Source: Octopus bimaculoides
Lineage: Eukaryota
DNA: 64,000 bases
Direction: 5' to 3'
Assembly: GCF_001194135.2 (NCBI RefSeq)
Contig: NC_068998.1
Coordinates: 19,522,742 to 19,586,741, forward strand
Shown here piece by piece: positions 1 through 12,052 of this stretch. The notes under the pieces were generated by a model. That model was not told the DNA's origin and did not search any database. It saw only the letters and a list, made by a program, of their open reading frames with translations. Position numbers and translations under genes: made by a program. Each line of letters starts with the position of its first letter. Position 1 is the first letter of the stretch.

Positions 1-489
1 AAGGTTTCTATGCTATGACATGAATACAAAAAAAAAAAAAAGACTGTGCATAGTTGATACATAGATCACAGATGTTAACATGCAGACGTGACTTTCAACA
101 AGATTTTAGCATGAATGAATAACTGAAAATCAAAAATTAGGAAATATATTTTATAAATAAAGTAAGATATAGAAAAATGATTGAAAAAAGAATTATACAG
201 ATGATTCCGAAAATTAACTAAATGTACATGATTTTTTTTATTCAAACCAAAGATAGAAAAAAAAGGTAAAACAAAACTGGTACTTAAGAAAATCCAAAAT
301 TTAACAAAATATCCAGGACCTCAAAAAATACTAAGATGAAATGAATATGACAGAGAGACAGCCCAAGACAAAGAACAAGCATTTACAGGATAAAAGTGAT
401 CCAATCAAGACAGACTCAAACTTTAAAAAAAGAGAAGGGGAAAAAAACTCTTGTTTTGATGAAGAATCTAATAATTACATCTGTTTATC

Positions 490-848
490 TTTTACTTGTT
501 TCAATTAGTGGACTGTGGCCATGCTGGGTCACTTTTTTGAAGGGTTTAGCCAAACACACCACACCTGGTATTTATTAGAACTTATTCTGTCAATCTCTTT
601 GCTGAACCACTAAATTAGGTAGGGGGGTGTAAACAAACCAACATCATTTGTCAAATGATGGTGGGGAACTAACACAAAGACATACATATATAGGATGGGT
701 TTCCACATAGTTTCCATCTATCAGATTCACTCTCAAGGAATTGGTCAGCAGGCAGCTATAGTAGCAGACACTTACCCATGGTGCTTTGCAGTGGGACTGA
801 ACCCAAACCATGTGGTTGAAAAGTTTCTTAACCACATAGCCATACCTG
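490..848 (-). mobile_element. SINE family A copy (tRNA-like head, internal CA/TA microsatellite, tail ...CCAGCATGGCCGCAGTCAAATGACTGAAACAAGTAAAA)
   Basis: Shared blocks GTAGAAGACACTTGCCCAAGG and GGGACTGAACC recur more than 12 times in the window. Confidence 0.8.
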
Positions 849-997
849 TGCCAATAGATATAAAGTCAATGACCAAGTAGACATCCCACCCACTCTCTTA
901 ATGGAGGATTCACAGAATGAATTAAAAACAAAACAAAACAATACTCATCTAACTAAACCAACATTAGTAATTTAATAAACTAATATAGAATTATCTT

Positions 998-1400
998 TTG
1001 TCTTTTACTCGTTTCAGACATTAGACTGCAGCCATACTGAGGCACCTCCTTGAAGAATTTCAGTTGAATAGTTGACTCCAGTACTTATTTTTTTAAAGCC
1101 TGGTACTTTTTCTATCAATCACTTTTACTGAACTGCTAAGTTACAGGGATATAAACACACTAACACCAATTGTCAAGCAGTAGTAGGGACAAACACAGAC
1201 AGATAGACAAACAGAAACACACAGACACACACATACAACAGGCTTCTTTCAGTTTCTGTCTATGAAATCCACTCACGAGGCTTTGGTCACCCCGAGGCTA
1301 TAGTAGAAGACACTTGCCCAAGGTGCCATGCTGTGGGATTGAATTCAGAACCATGTGGTTGGAAAGCAAACTTCTCATCACACAGCCACACCTGTGCTTA
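998..1400 (-). mobile_element. SINE family A copy
   Basis: Full head-to-tail match to 24059-24455 (reverse complement). Confidence 0.85.
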
Positions 1401-3623
1401 TATTTGTGAACCATATTTTTTAATTATCATATAAAAATACCCAACAATAATTCATATGCTTTTTAAACTGCAATGTAATGTAACACAAAAGTACTAACAT
1501 TTCATTATAGTTTCCCCATTTGCTTTTCTTTGATGATATGGACTCAACGGGTCTGTAATACTCAGTCATTCCATATATCTTGATCTTTCATTATCTCATC
1601 TATGAAACATTGTTCTCATGACTAAATAAGACCATGTCTTAAACTCAGTAAGTGCATATAAACATTTCGAGAGTTCAAGAATTTTCTGTGTGTGAATTTG
1701 CTTTGAGTGGATAAAGTGTTTCACAGCATTGAATCCACTTTTTAGTGCAATCAGCTATGAAACCAATGGCACAACAAAGGTTGGAATGATCAGAAACCAA
1801 CTGCACTTCAGATTTTTTTTTAATACCAGTTTACCTTCTCTTAGAAGGAGGTTCTAATGAAAACTTAGAGCCTTTCACTCCTAGTGGTCCCCTTGTTATT
1901 TAACCCATAGCTAGGACCTTAACAGATGCTACAACTCTGGGTCAGAGTACACATGAGAATAATAGAGGTTAAGAGGTGGTTCCACACTCCCAAAATACAT
2001 ACATGCATATATATGCATGCATGCTTACATATATACATTACATACATAGCTGGTACTCTGTCTAAAAACATTAAATATGTATTATAATTTATGTGCTAAA
2101 AATATAACAGGGATTAGGAAAAGAGCCTAGTGAAAAAAAAAAATCATCAAAACAAACTGAAGAAGCCAGACATTCTTAAGAGTTTCATAAAAATTTAATG
2201 AGAGAATAATTATGTTATCAACCAATTAATTTAGTATCTATTATAGCAGTTATAGAAAGTTGGCAACACCTTGCAAGATATTTGATTTGAATCTATATTA
2301 ACAAGCATTACATATTTTTGTTCAACAGCTGGATGATCTACTTAGGCTGATTCAACTGTGACATGGAAATATTATGTTAAATAGATCCAGAATAATTATG
2401 AAAGAATGTAAGTAGAAATCTGTGAAAAGTTATCGTTTACTGTCACGTATCATAACCATCTGCTAAGCATTGCATTTTTCTAACATTTCTAATATTCATT
2501 AGGTAAGAATTATAGCTGACAAAATTTAATACAACCCAGCCAAAAAACTAGAAGGCCAACAAAGTATAACACCTCACTAGTGCTGGCTCTACTATGTTAA
2601 AATACTTAGATTTTAATGACTTAAACCAGTAGCTATAAATCCATTATAAGAGAGAGAGAGAGATGAGGTGAGAGAGGGAGGAGTGAGAGGGAAGGAAGGT
2701 GGGATTAGGTCATCATTATAAGCAGCGATGACAAGTTGTTTTCAGACTTGTAGCTCTGATGTCAAATCCTCCCAAGAACCAGAAGGAAAAGGAGAGAAAA
2801 GAAAGAAAGAACGAAAAAAAAAAAAAAGATAACTATTTCAGTGTATCTAATCATGAATCTCTAATGCAGCTAAAAACCCTTAGTTATTCCCAACTCACAT
2901 TCAACTAATGGGTTCCTCCTCTCAAAACTCCAGGAGGTTGTGAGTTCTTTTTTTTTTGTTTTTTTTGAGAGTTAGGAGTGGATGTTGTCAGATATTTCAG
3001 ATCCCCTCCTTGGCCCTTCAGCCCTGGACTGATGTATTGGCTGACCCCAACTTCCATCCTTTATAGAATTTAGCTACAGAGCATTACTTTATTCATTAGA
3101 TATGTCACTTCTCATTGCAGATATATATCTTAAAATGATTATAAATGCCACAACTATAGTAGAGGTTTCACAGTGATACTAGGCCTAGTTCAACATCCAC
3201 CTTTAACATTTAAACTGGCCATATCTGGCCAAAGTACTCTGCCTCTTTTCTGTTCAAACTGGCCAGATCCAACATCTCACACTTACCCTAAAATGTCATT
3301 CTAAAAATAAACAGTTACATCATTGAAATCTTAAGCCATGAAATAATGCATAATAAATTTAAAACAATGCGAATAAATAAACCATACATTTGACAGAGTA
3401 GTCTGAATTTTTAAAGAATTAAACTATGTATTGGCCCATATGAACACTTTTATAAAGGCAGTCTCAGGTGAGTTGGTATTAAAAGGGTCAGTTAAATTTG
3501 TTTTGTATAGTATAGCTAATTGTACTAATTGATATAATTAAACAATCTTCATTTACTTTCATATACCAGCAGCCGCAAGGTACAGAAAATGCTAATGAGT
3601 GTGACAATGTATTTATTTGTGAA

Positions 3624-3850
3624 AGGCAGTGAGCTGGCAGAACTGTTAGCATGCCGGGCAAAATGCTTAGCGGTATTTTGTCTGTCTTTATGTTCTGAGT
3701 TCAAATACCGCCAAGGTCAACTTTGCCTTTCACCCTTTTTTTTGGGGGGGGTCTATAAATTAAGTACCAGTTGCATACTGGGGTAGATCTAATTGACTAA
3801 CCCCTCCCCTCAAAATTTTGAGCTTTGTGCCTAGAGTAGAAAAGAATATA
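3624..3850 (+). mobile_element. SINE family B copy (tRNA-like head AGGCAGTGAGCTGGCAGAA..GTTAGC)
   Basis: B-box-like GAGTTCAAATACC; tail GCTTTGTGCCTAGAGTAGAAAAGAATA. Confidence 0.85.
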
Positions 3851-4427
3851 TTTATTTGTGAAGATTTAACAATGTCTCAAAGAACATGTGTAAACATTTC
3901 TCAATGTCATGATACATTGAATTTTGTAATAATTTTTTTTTAGTATTCTATTGATGCTAATGACATTTATTTATGGACTTATGGTGTACAAGTATGGCTC
4001 TGTGGTGATTGACTTCATATCTATGGAGTTTTAAGTTCTAACACAGTGTGGCATTATGGGAAGTGTCTTCTATAATAGTCTTGGACCAATGTCTTGTGAT
4101 GAAATTAGGTAAACAGAAACTGTATGGAAGCAAACCATTCATATGTAGTTAAAATTAAATAACTGAACATTAAAAATAACAATAACAAAACAACAAGAGG
4201 ATGTTCACATGGAATGTATAAGTTTGATGCTTGGTAAAGGTGGAAAAAAGAGAAGGTTTTTAATGCCTTGAGCATAGTTCTTCATCAGAAAATGGAAAAG
4301 TCCAGAGAAGGAAAAATATCATCAACAGCTCACATGTGTGTTTATTTCACATGTCTTTACTGTGACATTAATTGAGCAACAATTTATTTTCCCCCTAAAC
4401 AATATGCCAAAAAGCTCAGCAGTTGAT

Positions 4428-4765
4428 CTTTCACTTGTTTCAGGCATTGAGGCACTGCCTTGAAGGGTTTAGTTGAACAGATAGTTCCCAGTACTTGTTT
4501 TTTTAAAGCATGGTATTTATTCTACCAGTCTCTTTTAGCTGAACTGCTAAGTTATGGGGATGTAAACAGACTAACACCAGTTACCAAGGAATGGTAGGGG
4601 ACAAACACAAACATAAAGAAACACACACATACACATACATATACATTAGGTTTCTCTCTGTTTCCTTTTACCAAATCCATTCACAAGGTCTGGGGCTATG
4701 GTAGAAAACACTTGCTGAAGGCGCCATATAGTGAGTCTGAACCTGGAACTTCTTACCACACAGTT
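4428..4765 (-). mobile_element. SINE family A copy
   Basis: Same blocks as 998-1400. Confidence 0.8.
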
Positions 4766-6074
4766 ATGTTGATTTTGTGTGAAGAACATGGGAATAGAAA
4801 TATCTTACTTAACAAAACAAGTAATAGGTAGCACCAGGAAAGGTATCTGGCTACAGAATAAGGCTTCAATAAGTCTTGATCAACCAATGCCAGCACAGAA
4901 AAGCAGATGCGATGAAGATGATGCTAATGATGATGATTTATACTCTCAAAAGTACTATCCAGTAATTATCAAGTGAATGAGAAGATAAACATAATTATCA
5001 CCATTGAATTCATAACCACAGGATTATAAGTTCCAATCTTACTATGATTACTGTACTGTGTACCTCTGAACCAGGTTCATAAACCCTACTTATCTTGGTT
5101 TGCTCAACTGAAAGCAAGTTCTGCTCTTTACAACTGAATAATCATCAGTAGGAAGAGTGTTCAACTAGAAAAAACAAACACTTAAAAAATAAAAATGGGC
5201 AAATACCAAGTAAACAAACTTGTATTTTATTAAAGAAAAAAGGAAAAAAAAACCCCAGCTAACAGGCAAAACAAAAACAAAAATTATCTGGTAGCTAAAT
5301 ATTTTCTTGAGAGATGTAATTAAAATTATGATAGCATGAAGATATATTTGGAAATTTGGTGATAACAAGCAAAGGAAATTTCTGTTTTGGCTGAATGTTA
5401 TAAGAAATTTATTGCATGATTTTCTTGGAACTCCATAGTTTTTTTTTTCCAGATAGTTAACTTCATTTGGTTTTATACTTTATTTCAGGTCCTATTTTTC
5501 CAAAGGTAATCAAATATCAGATGAACATAAATGCTAATACTACGGTTTTAGATGTTCTAGCAATTGGTATCTCTATGTTAGGTAATTAAACTGGTTAGTA
5601 CATAGTTTTATTTTGTTTGATCCAGGTAGGGAGCAGACATGATATAACTCACAGAAGACCAAATTTTCAATAAAGGTTTTCTTTTATTAGACTACATAAA
5701 TGTATGTCTGTTAGCACATGTGTGCATGAACACGTATATATGGGTATTCATATATTAGACACAACATGGCTGAATGACAGAATGTCATCTCAAAATATCT
5801 TGGGTACAATCCCAAAGTATTGCACCATGGATTACCCTGTAATTTAAAGATCCACTCTTGTCCCATACTATCAGGACACTATTTCTAATAAAATAACCAG
5901 TCGAAATTTTTCAGTTGATTTTGAAAATAATCGAGAATCTGGAGGAGTTGCGTAAAAAAACTAATTTGTCATTATAAAGTTTGTATTTGAAACATAAAAG
6001 GTTCAAACATAAAATTATAATGGAAGATTTTGATTTCAATAGGAACATTATAAAACATGGAATTTTATATCATA

Positions 6075-6203
6075 TGGCTGTAGAAACTCTGCCAAATTAG
6101 ATTGGAGCCTGGTGTTGCCATCCGGTTTCACCAGTCCTCAGTCAAATTGTCCAACCCATGCTAGCATGGAAAGCGGACGTTAAACGATGATGATGATGAT
6201 GGC
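6075..6203 (+). mobile_element. Family C repeat tail (RTE-type 3' UTR with GAT tail)
   Basis: GATTGGAGCCTGG...CCAACCCATGCTAGCATGGAAAGCGGACGTTAAACGATGATG. Related copies at 41040-41230(-), 49480-49725(+), 53316-53700(-) and 55630-55835(+). Confidence 0.8.
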
Positions 6204-7808
6204 AAGAAGTGGTTTAGTACTGAAAGAATATGGACCCTCTTTGTTCATCATGCATTATCTATTTCATGTTATATGGACAACAGCTTCATTATCTCTCTCC
6301 ATACTATCCATTCTAATGAATTTAGTTAGAATCCTATTACATTTTTCATGTATTCTGCTTTATAATCACAGCAGAATTACTCTCAGATTTAAACTTTGCA
6401 TTGTTAATTCTCATCATAGTAGTATTGAAAATTACTGAACTACATTATTGTTTCTTGGATATAGGTTATGCACAGTCTAATTTCAAAATTAAAATATAGT
6501 TGCTGAATGGAAGGTCATCAAGAAATATATTTCGTCATGGAGAAGTATTAGATGTAATTGATTTTTCTTTACTTTCATAATTAAATTCTGTCTATCAATG
6601 ATTAGGATTACTGACTGACATTGAGACAAGAGGAAATCAGTTGTGATATTCATGTCTTTCCCAAGAGTATTAGTAATGTATATGAAATGAAATAGCTAAG
6701 GGGAAGATATAAGAAACCCAATTTTTCTCTAGTTTTCAAATAAATATGAAAATCATACTTTTCAAACACCTTTCAAATAGATATTTTCTCTTTTTAGAAT
6801 TAGCAATCAGTAAATTATAGTAAGTCATCCAAATCTTCATGTAACAATCAGATGATATAAAGTGGTTGGTAAGCAAAGCAAGTTTCTCTTGTTATGGAAG
6901 TAAGCTTCTGGAATAACAGTGTGATATTACAATATCTAGGCAAGTTCATTCATTTAAGTATAATTTTCTTTCATTAACTTCTAACATAGTGACAAGGCCA
7001 CAGATTTGGAGAAATTATATTTCAACTTAATGCTTGACTGCTTATAATTATTAACCTCAGATTTAAACTCAGAATGTAAAAGTGAAGTAATTAAATACCC
7101 CAAAGGATCTTGTTCATCATGACCCATTCTGCCAACTCACTACCTTTTTCTTTAACTTAAACAAAAGTTGATATGTTCCAAAAAATATTATGCTTGATCA
7201 TTTCCCCATTAACTGCGCATTTTCTAATAATGCAAACAAAGAACATTAAACATATTTAATTCAAACCCAGACAATAAATCAGGGAACACTAAATTTTATA
7301 ATTAAAATAAAACTTACCTAAGAGATCTGAAATTTAAATTTAATTGAAAAAAAAAAATCCTGAATTGAAATAAATTTTATTCTTGACAACACAAGTACAT
7401 TTGGTAAGAACTGTATGCAAATACCTTCAGTTGTATCAACTATTGAACTATTGAAGTTAATAGGTGATTTTTCCCCACCTCCTTTTAGTTAAAATATAAA
7501 AATAATTTAAAAAACAAAAAATACTTATTCATAACATTCAAAATAATAATAAAAAAACTATTCAGTGATATCTTTGAAAAACCAGAAGTTAAAATTAGAG
7601 TTGAAGATAAAATTGTGTGTATATTGATACGCACGCACACATGCATATATAATTTACTGTTTCATTATTGGTTGGATCCAGTGAGAGATAAATATCATTT
7701 AATACATACAGTATTTAAATTTGAGCTACTATTATTTTCATGCTGTGAAAACAATAAACTGACAAATTTTTATGGCATGGCTTATGTTTCTAAGCAATGT
7801 TACAAAAT

Positions 7809-7922
7809 TGTTGTGTCGACACCCCCAGACGATGAAGTAGGCTAACCCAATACGTAGATATAGAGGGAGAAGTCTAGACATCGGGTAGTTGAGTAGAGGT
7901 CAACCGAACATGCGATATAACA
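7809..7922 (+). repeat. 5' LTR (114 bp)
   Basis: TGTTGTGTCG...GATATAACA; 102/114 identical to 10216-10329. Confidence 0.95.
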
Positions 7923-8202
7923 GTGGCGACGAGGATTTCGTAGCTCACACAGCTACTGCGTAGTATTGCGATATAACAGTGACGATGAGGATTTCGTAGC
8001 TCACACAGCCACTGTGTAGTATTGTGATATAACAGTGGTGACGAAGATTTCATAGCTCACACAGCCACCGTGTAGTATTGCGATATAACAGTGGCAACGA
8101 GGATGTCGTAGCTCACACAGCCACTGTGTAGTATTGCGACATAACAGTGGCGATGAGGATTTTGTAGCTTACACAGCCACTGTGTAGTATTACGATATAA
8201 CA
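7923..8202 (+). repeat. Tandem array of five 56-bp units (PBS + ~30-nt core + last 11 nt of LTR), followed by a sixth PBS-like copy at 8203
   Basis: Units start at 7923, 7979, 8035, 8091 and 8147. Consensus GTGGCGACGAGGATTTCGTAGCTCACACAGCCACTGTGTAGTATTGCGATATAACA. Confidence 0.97.
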
Positions 8203-8231
8203 GCGGCAACGAGGTTTCGAATAGTACCGAA

Positions 8232-8900
8232 ATGGAAGAGTTACTGAAAGCAGTTGTAAAACAACAAGAGCAGCAGCAGCAGCAACTACAGAAGTTAACA
8301 GACTTGATACTACAGGTGAGAAATAGTACAGAATCATTTTCAGCAGATGGTGTTGCAAATTCCATCGAAGAATTTCAGTACAATCCAGATGAAGGAACTA
8401 CTTTTGCTGCATATTACAGACGATACGAAGATATATTCCAAGAGGAATGTCAAGGATGGTCTAGTGAAAGAAAGGTAAGGTTTCTTTTGCGAAAGCTTAC
8501 TACTCCAGAACACGAAAGTTTTGTAACTTTATTTTGCCAAGAAAGCCCATGGAATTGTGTTTTGATGAAACGATAAATATTTTGACTAGTATTTTTAGCC
8601 AGAAAAGTTCGCAGTTTAACATTCGATGGGAATGTTTAAATTTAAAGAAAAACGAGTCCGATGATCTTGTAACATATGCCGGTATTGTTAATAAGCCTTG
8701 CGAAAGGTTTAAGTTGGAAGAGTTAATGGCAGATATGTTCAAGAGCCTAATATTCGTTAAAGGGCTAGTGGCAACAGAAAATGCGGAAATTAGAAAAAGA
8801 ATATTACCAAAGTTGAAACAAGATGTGAAATCACTTTGCAGAAAGTGACTGAGGAATGCCAACAAATAATAAACCTTCGAGATGATACAAGAAAGACAGA
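8232..8900 (+). pseudogene. Gag-like region of the LTR element (frameshifted)
   Basis: ORFs at 8232-8576, 8534-8848 and 8836 onward join through two frameshifts. Contains a poly-Q N-terminus, YNPDEGTTFAAYYRRYEDIF and ERFKLEEL..D.FKSLIFVKGL, typical of Mag/K02A2.6-like gag. Confidence 0.85.
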
Positions 8901-10181
8901 AGACAATATTATGACAAAAAAACTAGAAATGGAACTGAAGAACATTTTGTGCAATGTAGTACGTGATTTGCCAGTAACGCTGGAAGAAATTAAATTGAAA
9001 TTGGGAAATGATAGGTTCATAAATAAGATTTTAAAAATGTTGTGTAACACGAAAAATATAAATGAGTGGGACACAGGTTCAAAGCACTATTCAGTATGTG
9101 ATGAGGTATTATTATATGCACAAAGAGTGGTAATACCTGAAGCACTGCAAAACAGAGTATTAAAAGACTTCCATGTAGGACATCCGGGGATTGTCCAGAT
9201 GAAGAGCCTCATGAGAAGTTACGTTTGTTGACCGAATATGGACAAGCAAATTGAGAGACTGGTAAAACAGTGTGGGGGATGCGCTATGGCAGCAAAGGCG
9301 CCCCCAGTGCAGATTCAGCCGTGGCCAAAAACGGATTTGGCATGGTCTAGACTACATGTCGATTTTGCAGGACCAATAAATGGCTCTCATTATATCATTG
9401 TGGTAGATAGCTATTCCAAATAGCCTGGAGTGTGTAAATGTTCAAGGCCAACCACAAGTGTGACTATTGACTTCTTGGAAGAACTGTTTGCTCGTTATGG
9501 AGTGCCAGATACGATTGTGTCAGATAATGGTACACAATTCACGGTGAAGGAGTTTGAAAGATTCTGTAAGTCGGTTCAGATGAAGCATGTGTTAACTCTG
9601 CCATACCATCCAAGGTCAAATGGGTAAGCGGAAAGATTTGTCAACACGTTCAAGAGAGCCTTAAGAAAGACCAGACGGGAAATCCTTGAAGATACAAAGA
9701 TGACAAAGTTTTTGCAGGTGTATAGAATAACACCAAATCCAAATGCAGAGTCGGGTAGGTCACCTGCAGATTTGATGTTTTCCAGAAAAATTTTTCTATT
9801 TTTGACAAATGGTTGCCGAGCAGGAAACAGAAAATAGAAAATTTGGGAAGAAAAATGAAATTTTTTTAACAGAGGTGACAAAGTGTATTTTAAAATGTAT
9901 AGTAATGGAAAACAGGACTGGGTAATGTGATGTACACAGTAAAAGGACCAAAATATGAACGCAGAAGGCATTTAAACCAATCAAAAAAAAGATATACCAA
10001 AAACCAAGAGAGGCGAGAAGAACCAATGGATTTATGGTATGATTTGTTTGAGGTCCCAGAACCACAAGCAAAAGCAGAACTAACACGTAGGTTGAACAGG
10101 AAGAGAAAACCTACAGAAATGATGGAAATTAATGCTAAGAGGCAAAGATATGCTAGTTTCTCACTGAGGAAATGGAATTGA
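8901..10181 (+). pseudogene. Integrase pseudogene (HHCC zinc finger + D,D35E core)
   Basis: FHVGHPG...QCGGC; HVDFAGP...IVSDNGTQF...HPRSNG*AERF with 35 residues between the second D and E. Premature stops replace W, W and Q codons. Confidence 0.95.
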
Positions 10182-10215
10182 TAAATTCAGGTTTAAAAAA
10201 CTCAAAAGCGGAAGG

Positions 10216-10329
10216 TGTTGTGTCGACGCCCCCAGACGATGAAGTAGGCTAGCTCAAAACATAGATATAGAGGGAGAAGTCTAGATGTCAGGTGGTTGAG
10301 TAGAGGTCATCCGAATGTGCGATATAACA
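10216..10329 (+). repeat. 3' LTR (114 bp)
   Basis: Direct repeat of 7809-7922, immediately preceded by the purine tract at 10204-10215. Confidence 0.95.
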
Positions 10330-11979
10330 ATGTGGCTGGTTGTTTTTGAAAGATTGTTTAGAAACATGTGTTATACTATACAAACTTGTCAATTTACTGT
10401 GTTTTCACAGCATGAAATTAATAGCATCTTGAATTTAAATACTGTTTATATTAAATAATATAAGAAAAGAGATGGCAAAGGAATAGACAATTATCTTGAG
10501 AAATTCATTAGCTTACAGCTGTTTCCACTATAAGATGAGGTGGACTATCATAGAATAATTGTTTATTCTTTTATAATTTCTTTTCTTATAATCACTTTGT
10601 ATTCGATTAACATTCCATTCAGAGGCATATGTATATTGAATTCTACACACACACATACATACAGACACAATGATATCTATATAACTTGATAAAATATTTT
10701 ATGAATATTTATATTAATATGTCAGATATATTACAACTTGACTCTCCTCTCGTAGCAAGAGATGAATGTGACAATTAATACACGAAAAAGTATAAATTTC
10801 ACTTTAGAGAATGGAGTTTTGCAAGAATCCAGCAGATATTCATTAGAAACTAAGAGAAGTCCAATTTCATATTAAAGTGTTTCACAAACAAAATTATGTG
10901 ATTTGTTTTGGTATGACTAGTGATGTTTTCATCTTATATAAACATTACTTCAAATAACAGTCAACATAAAATTAATACTAATCAAGAGAAAACACCAATT
11001 CTCATTTATTTTAATACCTGACAAAATTAAACTAAGAATCCAGTATCATAGAAATAACCTGGAGAAATGCCCATAATATATTTTGCAAGATGAGAAGGAC
11101 AGTATCACAGCATCGGTGCAAATGACCAGACAGGAAAGAAACCAATAAGTTCTATGCTAGAAACAAAGGTTGTAATAGAAAAATGAATTTTAAAAAAAAT
11201 CTCACAATCAAATATACTTAACAGAATCCTACTGAAACTACTATAGTATTCACAATGTTTCAGAATAGAACAAGAAATAAAAGACTAAATCCACTGAGCT
11301 GGATCGTTCCAAGACATTAATAGTAAAGTGGAGGAATCCTTTAATTGATTGCAAAACAGAAGTCTAGTGCAGTGAACATGTGTGAATGGATGATAAAACA
11401 GTAAAAGTCTTCAAGATAATTTAGTTATCAAAAGTAAAGTTAGACTATCAAATAAAACTTGAAAAAAAAAAAAGAAAAAAAAAGAAAAAACAAAACATCA
11501 GGGAACATAAAAAACTGTAAATCACAAAAATATGTCTTAGCTATGACCTGTAAAAGGTATTTAGCTTATCCTCAACAACAACAAAAACTTATTAGGAAGA
11601 GAAATTTAGAGACACAGCAAGTTATAAAAGGAAACATCTTATGACTTGCTAATAGCAGAAGCAGGACAAATATATAGTTGTTTAATTCTTAGATAATTTC
11701 TGGTCACAAGAAGGCAGAGAACAGATTGAATACTAATGAGAAAGAGTAACTGTCAGACAAATCTAATTTGTTATATAGTACATGAAAGCTAAAAGATAAA
11801 AATATTTTATTATTAAAAATAGATAATAATTAAGTTAAGCTTGTTTGAACAACTCCAGCACACAATCTAAATGCCCAGGAACAGAACAAAAGAAATGAAT
11901 ATTCAATTTTTCATCCTTGCATGTCTTACAAATTTTATTTTGTGCAATATTTGTAGATCCTATTTCAATTTGATAGGTG

Positions 11980-11983
<4 letters not shown>

Positions 11984-12049
<66 letters not shown>
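11984..12049. repeat. (TA)n microsatellite
   Basis: Perfect dinucleotide run. Other (TA)n or (TG)n runs near 32285, 37545, 45725, 55525, 57090-57250 and 62645. Confidence 0.98.

Positions 12050-12052
<3 letters not shown>

Larger units (their letters stand above)
7809..10329 (+). mobile_element. Decayed, internally deleted Ty3/gypsy (Mag-like) LTR retrotransposon, antisense to VPS13
   Basis: Two 114-bp TG...CA LTRs (7809-7922, 10216-10329; 12 mismatches). PBS TGGCGACGAGGAT follows the 5' LTR and purine tract AAAAGCGGAAGG precedes the 3' LTR. Gag-like and integrase ORF fragments lie between. Confidence 0.95.

Noticed and set aside
2318-2415. Plus-strand exon-like segment (CAACAG|...|GTAAGT)
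   Set aside because: Stop codons in all three frames and no partner exons.
7923-8202. CRISPR-like array
   Set aside because: Units are contiguous with no unique spacers, there are no cas genes, the context is eukaryotic, and the repeat is explained by LTR-end/PBS sequence.
8057-8365. Minus-strand ORFs 8057-8365, 8113-8358, 8500-8865, 8790-9074, 9576-9971 and 9796-10086
   Set aside because: Antisense shadows of the gag/integrase frames and the tandem array.
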